From positions 1 through 34,395 of IMG/VR virus record IMGVR_UViG_3300012663_001203: a DNA stretch of 34,395 nt; one strand, written 5' to 3'. The DNA comes from a virus. Taxonomy: Duplodnaviria; Caudoviricetes. Below the pieces are notes generated by a model. The model was not told the origin of the DNA. It saw nothing but the letters and a program-made list of their open reading frames with translations, and made no database searches. Below are positions 28,901 through 34,395 of this stretch, piece after piece; position 1 is the stretch's first letter; each line of letters starts with the position of its first letter. The position numbers and the translations under genes are program-made.

Positions 28901-29251
28901 ACTGCATATCGACCAATTAATACCGATATTCATGTGTATTATAAGATACTAAGTCGAAATGATACACAGAATTTCAACGAAGGTAATTGGCAACTAATGA
29001 CAAAGACTAAAAATTCCGAGTCTAAATACTCACAGTCTAGAACTGATGTTATAGAGTATACATTTGCACCAGGAACTGATGGAACTGAACAAGGTTATGT
29101 TTCATACACAAGTACAAACGGACAATCTTACACATCATTCCAACAATTTGCTATAAAAGTTGTATTAACAAGTTCGGACCACACATTCGTTCCATTTGTG
29201 GACGATTTGCGTGTGATTGCTCTTCCAGAAAACGTCAACACTACATTTTAA
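22970..29251 (+). CDS. Large DUF4815 / VrlC-like virion structural protein
   Basis: NV.P.YDDF...KNFHRILFKPG.AVQARELTQ.Q.ILQ.Q, APGADR, G.AYV.GY, Y.YYL.R.D, RYTM.DI..LE.RI..IEYYTSLSLLE, RFKNG..VDDF, DPL.QSF, F..FAIKVV.......P...DLR.IAL. Confidence 0.88.
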   Translation: MPINFNVEPWYDDFDETKNFHRILFKPGRAVQARELTQSQTILQDQINKFADHIFKQNSPVTGGQITLNNRVNYVKLQETYLNSTIDVTQFNGLLVKNFNGTVIAQVVAVASATGGDAPTLILSYKTGNHFTNSDIIYDTLSNLAVQAIAIDATGPSSVISISKGVFYVLGNFVQIQPSTIILEKYNNTPSKRVGVSYTETTYDYIDDTSLLDPAVGASNYQAPGADRYVISLFLDAKPLTFGDDDDFIQLVSITNGISSKTVDGSVYSVIDDYFSKRDYETNGDYVVTDFKLTPRTNVDADKYTLSVGKGLAYVHGYRTSIPDGIDVVSNRARTTNSENNTPVYIDYGSYFYVDTLRATSSSFFDVTTAQPIAIHCVDTANIRTSNAATYNSTVIASGYLRNFVYQQNTSDGDANTYIYKAFVNDLQNAVQSAYALAGASNTITLPGYFSNKTDAYIGVNISITSGPSAGDFRTITAYNGSTHVATVNQAWTTTPTTASLFALNFDTKDAENIVYADASTYAIKSYAKISNYGKVGNLVTGDAILENTNAPELLFRVGSPYVATITDSSFTTQQLSRDKVFNYATGVASTQLNYGGSYLDILNHFGTPSTTLSSDLAKQNFLVMVTAVGSGCIFNVGDIVSFANTATRTITLNSDSSIATLSVSDAGGSFTASVLEKVYASNGTDAGYLLKYKNLITANTSVVSYGSAVVGNSNVYVDDTPLGSTGQVYIQNAGLVSPGNKQSLYLTDVKKIRKILDTRSAGTTPTTINLSTYADVTNNYTFDNGQKDSHYDHASITLRPGAPQPAGNLLVFVDYYQHAGGTGYFSLTSYESSTLQESYTEIPNHTSKNGTIYALRDCLDFRPARQNSTTAFQYKYTDIGDKRYGVFIPSDNTQFVTDYEYYLGRKDKLVITKDGKVNIIEGAPSLNPLFPTEPDGSLVVANLTHEPYTGYIPTEAPAGKKSNLSIEKVKHKRYTMQDIAGLENRINKIEYYTSLSLLEQKASTLQISDSYGLNRFKNGILVDDFSSFSATNTDTSDFNASVNRRERTMSAPSVVKNFPLKSTAFINNINNLDNTISLSYKIAGDGYTQSFSLPYTSANAISQKFASRTVSVNPYSVSRIDGVLTLTPNMDNWVDEQIEPAILITSPTLDVFASSSGGSKFMTTTDWKSIPGTQYDVRTVTTEGFIETTKVETYEKQTQTSYYGAYDKIGNTYSIDNGFVKDITVLPYIRPQQVVVRGKNLLYHTSVNTYFDKTNVDKYFRKANIIELSSAAGVGQFKEGDVIGYMSGGTFNPTGVILGFYYTNSSTVRLYVASEEGTTTSYDGGTGRLQNGFFNSSGTYTSNTAYGTISSTSHFGGRVTSVTGNKIKLSGLSPNVNNYFVSNTINIVQGTGSGQSATISAYYGANQTAVLSSTIDVAVNSIYSIGNLTTSKDGALYGIFNIPENTFHNGERLFRIDNSYGNVDAETTYCQASFYAEGIQSTSQSLMFGASVSGAKGVNNVSKTESTFVKQTVTTVDNTPPPAVPEAGGGGGGDPLSQSFLIDKNNYPNGMFLESVDFFFENKPTNDDSTISLYVVGTLNGYPNNEIINNSIVTLTPNQVKTSSQPHYLDENAKTNFKFSEPIYIQSGVLYAFVLKSSSKDYYAWTAYNGDIAKVSSVKILPTDATPATITKISGSPYIGTLFMSQNTLTWTAEQNESLMFVANRCVFNTSVSPTVSFVVPKKLPQRTLIEQSISNYLNANTMSSSIDSISNTNILVDAFNVTTTDFTPSTTGITYKYRSTLTNGTLTNENVIVPGKFGTPTQDDIYLNDGKGERVLDANSNTSFILTATLSSLDNAVSPIVSDAGLSIYAISWDINDAELSNNIITLSSGGSGYNAQTTSVTVSAPDLINGTQAYASANVSGGIVQSVWLTSNGSGYITTPTITVSDANTAPGTGAIVRVTGETSPSGGNISAKHITKIVTLDAGFDSGDLNVYLTAYRPINTDIHVYYKILSRNDTQNFNEGNWQLMTKTKNSESKYSQSRTDVIEYTFAPGTDGTEQGYVSYTSTNGQSYTSFQQFAIKVVLTSSDHTFVPFVDDLRVIALPENVNTTF

Positions 29252-29256
29252 TTAAT

Positions 29257-29484
29257 ATGCAAGTTCAAGTTACAGGTACAAACTATTGTCGTGATACACA
29301 AACCAAGGCATTAATAAACAAAGATATTAATGGCCTTGAGGACTATAGAACAAAAAGAAAATTTGCTGAGATGCAAAAACATGAAATAAATAACATTAAG
29401 ACAGAAGTAGAAAACATCAAAAGTGATGTTTTGGAAATCAAACAAATGTTATGTCAACTACTGAATAAAGGTTCAAATGGCTAA
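29257..29484 (+). CDS. Small coiled-coil hypothetical protein following the DUF4815 gene
   Basis: 75 aa, RD..T.ALIN.D motif and heptad C-terminus INNIKTEVENIKSDVLEIKQML. Confidence 0.7.
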   Translation: MQVQVTGTNYCRDTQTKALINKDINGLEDYRTKRKFAEMQKHEINNIKTEVENIKSDVLEIKQMLCQLLNKGSNG

Positions 29485-32400
29485 TACAGTAAACTCCCTA
29501 AATTATGCCAACACTTTTGCGGATTGGTTGGTTGCAACCGATGCATTAATTGTAGAAAGCAATGTATTGGGTAAAGGCGACTACCGTAAAAATTCTGGAA
29601 CATTGTTCTTGGATGAGACAACACAAAACTCTTTGTTGTCTAATGGTACAGTTGTTGTACAAAAAGAATTATTATCACAAGGTCTTGGTTCGTCCGTTAC
29701 CATCGACAATAACATGTCCGTTAAATACGGAACAATTTATATCAAAACATCAGACACAGGTGTGGCCAACATTGCATTGGTTGCACGAGGACAAGCAAAT
29801 GTTGATGGGCTTTTATTTGCAAATGGACCTGGAAGAGGTCTTTATGTATTAAACAATACGGTTGTAGATGGTAATTCAACGGTTCGTTATGCCACAACAA
29901 CAAATCGTATACAAGCAAATACATCCGTAAATACTGCATTTGCCACCATTACAAATTCTGTTTGGACAAATACACTACAAGCTAACACAAATGTGGTGAC
30001 AGATGTGTTGAATGCCAATACCAAAATTTACACTAATTCAATATTAAGTAACAATGATATCACCACTGCTTCTTTTCAAGCAAACATAATAGCAAATACA
30101 CAGACTCTTACTGTAACGCAATCTGCACTTATTAATTTTGTTCAAGCAAACACTTCTGTGAACGCTAGATCATTATCTGTAACAGGAAATTCATTTACAG
30201 ATATATTACAGGCAAACACTTCTGTAAACACACAAGCATTATCAGTAACAACAACCACATTCACAAATGTTTTACAAGCAAATACATCAGCAAATACAAG
30301 AAGTTTGTCTGTTACTGGAACAACCGTTTCGGGCGTTGTTGTAGCTAATACTGTTGTATATGCTCCAATATTACAAGCAAATTCTTCTGTAATCACACAA
30401 TCATTGTCTGTTACAAACACAATATTTGCAAATAACATAACTGCGAACACTGGTTTAACAACACCAAACATCACAGTATCCGCTAATGGTAAAGTTGATG
30501 CAAACAGCAGTAACTTTTTTGTAAATAATTTACAAACACAAGGTCAACTTTCAGTTGGTGGTAATTTTGTTATTAACGGAACAACTGTTTATAATTCAAA
30601 CACATTTACAATCAATTCTGGATCCGCAATTGGACAAAACAGCACATTTAATGTGAACCGTGGATCTTCAGGCGCAAACGCAACAATTCGTTGGAATGAA
30701 CCATCCATACAATTTGAGTTGAATGATGTTAGTTCTGGTACATATTACCGTATTTTAACAAATCAACATTTAACAGATAATTTAACGTCCACAAGTACCA
30801 CCTCTGTTGCAACAGCCAACATGGCAAACTACTTGAATAACACAATTACTTCAGCTAATAATTTCTTGCAAGCTGCTGTTCTTTCAACAGGTTCATACGC
30901 AAACTCGGCATTTTTACAGGCCAACAGCGCCTTTGATGCGGCGAATAATGTTGGTCCGCAAATTGTGCCAGCATTTAATCAAGCAAACGCAGCATTCTCC
31001 AGAGCAAATACTTCTGGAAATGTTTTCTTAGGCACAACAGGTTTTGTTAACCCAGTATCAGGTGCAATTTCTTTCACCAGTAATAATGGTTTGACAATTG
31101 TAGCTACTGCGGCCAACACTTTGGCAATTAGCACTTCACAAGATTTAAGAACTAGTGCATCACCAACATTTAATTCTTTATCATTAACAAATCCACTCGG
31201 AGTGTCCCAAGGTGGTACTGGTGCGACTTCTTCGGGAGCTGCGTTGACTGCATTGTTACCAACAGGTACAACTGCTGGTTATGTGTTAACAACTGGTGGT
31301 CCAGGTTCATTCTATTGGGCTGCAGGTAGCGGCGGAGGTGGCGGTGGTGCAACACCAGGAACATCAATTAATTCCACTCGTACAAGTTACACAGCTAATG
31401 GTGCATCGGGAGTTACAGGAAACACATACATTACACCGGCTTTTACAGCATCTACGCAAGTTCGTACATATATTAACGGTGTTCGTCAATTTGAATCAGA
31501 ATATACACTAAATCAAGGTGCAAATACAGTATCATTCACATCAACACCAGCTAACGGTGATAAGATATTGGTTGAAGTTGATGGTTATTATGTTAATCCA
31601 TATTATGCAAATAATATATCATACGGTCCTGTAACCGGTTCTATTCCATCTTCTGCAAATACAATTCAATTAGCAATTGATAGTTTGGAATCACGTAAAG
31701 CTGCACTTACAGGGGCTTCTTTTACAGGAACAGTAACGGGCATTAATATGCCTTCTGGTACTGCCAACACAGCGTTTGCAACAACATCATTTGTGAATAG
31801 TGCGTTAAACGTGGGTACAGGTGTATCGTACACACACAGTATTACAGGTTCAGCAGGATCAGCAACAAATGCAGGTTATGCTACATCTGCCGGTTCAGCA
31901 ACCAACGCAACTTATGCAACATCAGCTGGATCAGCAACCAATGCATCAGCAGCAACCAATGCAACTTATGCAACATCAGCTGGATCAGCAACCAATGCCG
32001 GTTCAGCAGGTTATGCCACATCGGCAGGATCAGCAAGTAATGCAGGTTATGCTGTAGTTTCCAGAAGACTCGCACGTAGCGATAGTGCTGTTGACTCATA
32101 CAACGTACAAAGCCACTGGGATGGAGGTCGTTGGCAATTAAAGGGATATAACGACAGCACTTATCACGCAGGTGTTAGAGTGGATTATGCTGATTCAGCA
32201 GGTTCAGCTGGTTCAGCAACAAATGCGGGTTATGCGGGTTATGCGGGTTCAGCAGGATCAGCAACAAATGCAACTTATGCGGGATATGCAGGTTCCGCTG
32301 GTGGTGTTGCTTGGGGTAACGTATCATCTAGACCCACATTGTTGTCATTACAATATTCAGGATCAAAAACACACCCAATCAATTCTGCTCCAGGTAATAC

Positions 32401-32632
32401 AACAGATTATATTGATATTGTCACAGCGACAGCACCATTGGGTGGCGTAACGGTAGGTTTTGACTATTGGGTCGGATGGGGTGCACCAACAGGTGGTTTC
32501 TGGATGGACACCACTTCCTTCGGCGGCACAAGGCGTTGGAAAGTTTGGGATGGTGAAAATTATACTACGGTTTATATTAGTAATAATTATGGTATAGGTC
32601 CACATGTTTGGACAGCATACATTTGGGGTTAA
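29477..32632 (+). CDS. Tail fibre protein
   Basis: N-terminal ANTF..W...T, about 22-aa LQANTSVN...LSVT repeats, L.VSQGGTGATS fibre motif, YINGVRQ..EYT domain, ATT.FV motif, AGSATNA repeats, Trp-rich C-terminal domain; followed by a fibre chaperone. Confidence 0.82.
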   Translation: MANTVNSLNYANTFADWLVATDALIVESNVLGKGDYRKNSGTLFLDETTQNSLLSNGTVVVQKELLSQGLGSSVTIDNNMSVKYGTIYIKTSDTGVANIALVARGQANVDGLLFANGPGRGLYVLNNTVVDGNSTVRYATTTNRIQANTSVNTAFATITNSVWTNTLQANTNVVTDVLNANTKIYTNSILSNNDITTASFQANIIANTQTLTVTQSALINFVQANTSVNARSLSVTGNSFTDILQANTSVNTQALSVTTTTFTNVLQANTSANTRSLSVTGTTVSGVVVANTVVYAPILQANSSVITQSLSVTNTIFANNITANTGLTTPNITVSANGKVDANSSNFFVNNLQTQGQLSVGGNFVINGTTVYNSNTFTINSGSAIGQNSTFNVNRGSSGANATIRWNEPSIQFELNDVSSGTYYRILTNQHLTDNLTSTSTTSVATANMANYLNNTITSANNFLQAAVLSTGSYANSAFLQANSAFDAANNVGPQIVPAFNQANAAFSRANTSGNVFLGTTGFVNPVSGAISFTSNNGLTIVATAANTLAISTSQDLRTSASPTFNSLSLTNPLGVSQGGTGATSSGAALTALLPTGTTAGYVLTTGGPGSFYWAAGSGGGGGGATPGTSINSTRTSYTANGASGVTGNTYITPAFTASTQVRTYINGVRQFESEYTLNQGANTVSFTSTPANGDKILVEVDGYYVNPYYANNISYGPVTGSIPSSANTIQLAIDSLESRKAALTGASFTGTVTGINMPSGTANTAFATTSFVNSALNVGTGVSYTHSITGSAGSATNAGYATSAGSATNATYATSAGSATNASAATNATYATSAGSATNAGSAGYATSAGSASNAGYAVVSRRLARSDSAVDSYNVQSHWDGGRWQLKGYNDSTYHAGVRVDYADSAGSAGSATNAGYAGYAGSAGSATNATYAGYAGSAGGVAWGNVSSRPTLLSLQYSGSKTHPINSAPGNTTDYIDIVTATAPLGGVTVGFDYWVGWGAPTGGFWMDTTSFGGTRRWKVWDGENYTTVYISNNYGIGPHVWTAYIWG
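29895..30475 (+). repeat. Imperfect approximately 22-aa repeats (LQANTSVNT.SLSVT...F) in the fibre shaft
   Basis: IQANTSVNT, LQANTNVVT, FQANIIANT, VQANTSVNA, LQANTSVNT, LQANTSANT, LQANSSVIT recur at about 66-nt spacing; boundaries approximate. Confidence 0.75.
31841..32053 (+). repeat. AGSATNA(T/G)YATS low-complexity repeat block 1 of fibre 1
   Basis: Repeated GCAACTTATGCAACATCAGCTGGATCAGCAACCAAT-type units. Confidence 0.9.
32186..32302 (+). repeat. AGSATNA / AGY repeat block 2 of fibre 1
   Basis: YADSAGSAGSATNAGYAGYAGSAGSATNATYAGYAGSAG; GCGGGTTAT tandem units. Confidence 0.85.
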
Positions 32633-32643
32633 TAGGAGTTTAA

Positions 32644-33213
32644 ATGAAATTAGCAAAAATACACAAAGGTGTTATATTCGACCACACTGATGGAGAGGAA
32701 AGTCAAGTTGTTTATAAAACATACGATGAGTATTCCATCGTTCCTCTTCCCACTTGGGCACTTCAGTTCAGGGAGAACAATATCAAGAATGGATTTTCCA
32801 GAACATATTTGGTCTGGGATTATGTGAACAAAATTTTTACCGAGTTTAAGCCCATGCCGAATTACTTGGAAAATATGGTCTCAACAAAATATCTTTTAAG
32901 ACAAATTAGAAATAAAGTTTTGGTGGCAACAGATTACCTCGTTAATGTAGTAGACATTAATGTGCCTACACAACAAAAAGAAGAATTATTAGAATACAGA
33001 CAAAAGTTGCGTGACCTAACAACAGATGAATACTTAAATGATGTGAATGTGGTGGAAGAATTTTTTCTAGCAAATGATAGTGTAAAATTTGTACATGAAT
33101 TTTTTCCTGAATCTCCAGAGTTTATTACGAATATTGTTGAACCAATTTTGCAAGAGAAATTAACAATAAGTAGAGAGAAAATTGATGAACTTTTATTACA
33201 ATTGGAAAATTAA
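32644..33213 (+). CDS. Tail fibre assembly chaperone-like protein
   Basis: LRQIRNKVL..TDY....D and YRQKLRDL match the R..RN.LL..SD / YRQ.LRD chaperone motif; directly after the fibre; SD AGGAG. Confidence 0.75.
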   Translation: MKLAKIHKGVIFDHTDGEESQVVYKTYDEYSIVPLPTWALQFRENNIKNGFSRTYLVWDYVNKIFTEFKPMPNYLENMVSTKYLLRQIRNKVLVATDYLVNVVDINVPTQQKEELLEYRQKLRDLTTDEYLNDVNVVEEFFLANDSVKFVHEFFPESPEFITNIVEPILQEKLTISREKIDELLLQLEN

Positions 33214-33215
33214 TT

Positions 33216-33713
33216 ATGCAAAACAATGAATATATTATTGGCGCTACCGAAAAAGGACCAGAGATACAAATATCATGTTTATCTAATGTTTATGTTAGAC
33301 GAATGTTCTTTAAGGAAAAAGGCATTATTGAATTAGGACACAGACACCCATACTCACATGCAAGTTTAGTTGCATCAGGATCAGTATCTGTACAAGTTTA
33401 TGATGATGAAAATAAAAAACTTTTTGATCCTGTGGTATATAAAGCACCAGCAATGATTATGATTGAAAAGGATGTGGCACATCAACTGGAATCATTGGAA
33501 GATGAAACTACAGTGTGTTGTATTCATGCCTTGCGTGATGAAACGGAAACAATCATTGATCCAGAAATGATTCCAGTTCCAACATCCCTAATAAATACAA
33601 TAAAGAATGTTTATGACGAAACTGGAAAGATGTTGATGCCACCGGCAAATCCATTTGATGATCTGACAACCAAAAGAATTCCACGCATGTTTAATTCTAG
33701 TGGTTATTTCTAA
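33216..33713 (+). CDS. Cupin (RmlC-like) fold protein
   Basis: NVYVRRM.F...G....GH.H...H..LV..GSV, YKAP..I.IEK...HQ...LED.T..CCIH. Confidence 0.75.
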   Translation: MQNNEYIIGATEKGPEIQISCLSNVYVRRMFFKEKGIIELGHRHPYSHASLVASGSVSVQVYDDENKKLFDPVVYKAPAMIMIEKDVAHQLESLEDETTVCCIHALRDETETIIDPEMIPVPTSLINTIKNVYDETGKMLMPPANPFDDLTTKRIPRMFNSSGYF

Positions 33714-33759
33714 AGTTTATAAAAAAACTAAAAGTTGACGAATTAAAAGGACAAATTAA

Positions 33760-34395
33760 ATGACAACAAAAGTCACTCCGTCAGTATTGAATGATACTTC
33801 CGTAACTACAGGTACATACGGAGGTTCCACACAGCATGCTGTTTTTACTGTGGATCAACAAGGCCGACTAACAGGTGCAGCTAATGCAACACCTAGTATA
33901 GCAACTTCTCAGTTGACAGGAACAATTAATGCTACGCAAGTTGCAAACACCCAAGTGTATGGTATCAATATTACTGGTTCAGCAGGTTCAGCAACCAATG
34001 CAACTTATGCAACATCAGCTGGATCGGCAACAAATGCAACTTATGCAACATCAGCTGGATCAGCAACAAATGCATCAGCAGCAACCAATGCAGGCAACGC
34101 AACAACTGCTGGAGGTCTTGCTGTTGCATCAGGTAGAAATAATCAATCAAATCAGATTGTAAGAACAAACTCTTCAGGTTATTTGGATGTTGGTTATGTG
34201 AATTCGAACAGTGGTAATGAAAACATCGCATCTAATCCACCAAGAGTTTGGGGAACCAACGGTTCGGATGACTATATGCGTACTTATCAAGTAGGTTCTT
34301 TGAGTGTTGGTTCAGCAACTAATGCAGGATATGCAAGCAATGCCGGTTCAGCAACCAACGCAACTTATGCAACATCAGCAGGATCAGCAACCAAT
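33760..34395 (+). CDS. Second tail fibre-like protein, 3'-truncated by the window (absent from ORF track)
   Basis: SD AAGGA, ATG 33760, 212 open codons: MTTKVTPSVLNDTSVTTGTYGGSTQHAVFTVDQQGRLTGAAN (fibre TVD..GR.T motif), AGSATNATYATS repeats, NQIVRTNSSGYL module. Confidence 0.85.
   Translation, partial: MTTKVTPSVLNDTSVTTGTYGGSTQHAVFTVDQQGRLTGAANATPSIATSQLTGTINATQVANTQVYGINITGSAGSATNATYATSAGSATNATYATSAGSATNASAATNAGNATTAGGLAVASGRNNQSNQIVRTNSSGYLDVGYVNSNSGNENIASNPPRVWGTNGSDDYMRTYQVGSLSVGSATNAGYASNAGSATNATYATSAGSATN
33970..34095 (+). repeat. AGSATNATYATS repeat block 1 of fibre 2
   Basis: 34036-34092 matches 31907-31963 at 56/57 nt. Confidence 0.9.
34309..34395 (+). repeat. AGSATNATYATS repeat block 2 of fibre 2 (runs off the window)
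   Basis: 34341-34395 matches 31888-31942 at 54/55 nt. Confidence 0.9.

Noticed and set aside
32300-32632. Possible diversity-generating retroelement target at the Trp-rich fibre tip
   Set aside because: No template repeat differing only at adenines and no reverse transcriptase in this window; cannot be excluded elsewhere in the genome.
33735-33763. Sigma70 promoter from TTGACG
   Set aside because: No convincing -10 hexamer at 16-18 nt; the position overlaps the start codon.
31821-34231. Gln/Met-rich and Leu/His-rich ORFs (31821-32057, 31881-32099, 32172-32450, 33929-34162, 33971-34231)
   Set aside because: Alternative-frame or antisense shadows of the GCA/TCA/ACA-rich fibre repeats; the real frame in the last region starts at 33760.
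31841-34395. CRISPR-like appearance of recurring 30-55 nt units
   Set aside because: Units are in-frame coding, irregularly spaced, with no constant-length spacers and no cas genes.

Overview
AT-rich segment of a large T4-like (exo-T-even type) myophage genome; no host genes, RNA genes, CRISPR or mobile elements seen. Three blocks. (1) + strand 1-3.5 kb: SleB-like cell wall hydrolase, gp33, gp59, a hypothetical protein, a HAD nucleotidase and gp32, closed by an intrinsic terminator. (2) - strand 3.56-8.9 kb: gp4, gp2, gp54-like tube initiator, gp26, an unannotated start-less gp51-like frame, and two apparently paralogous tape-measure-like proteins, one carrying a VgrG3-type muramidase domain. 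(3) + strand 8.9 kb-end: gp48, gp53, gp27-like hub, a split gp5, gp25, gp6, gp7, a fibre-like protein, gp8, a DUF4815/VrlC-like protein, a tail fibre, a fibre chaperone, a cupin and a second truncated fibre. Top observation: a likely programmed -1 ribosomal frameshift (U UUU UUC) fusing gp26 to the gp51-like frame directly upstream of the tape-measure-like genes, a lambda G/GT-type tail chaperone arrangement in a T4-like phage. Also notable: the split, lysozyme-free, HxH-tipped spike, and near-identical repeat blocks flanking unique modules in two fibre genes. All calls come from motif recognition and synteny; no searches were run.
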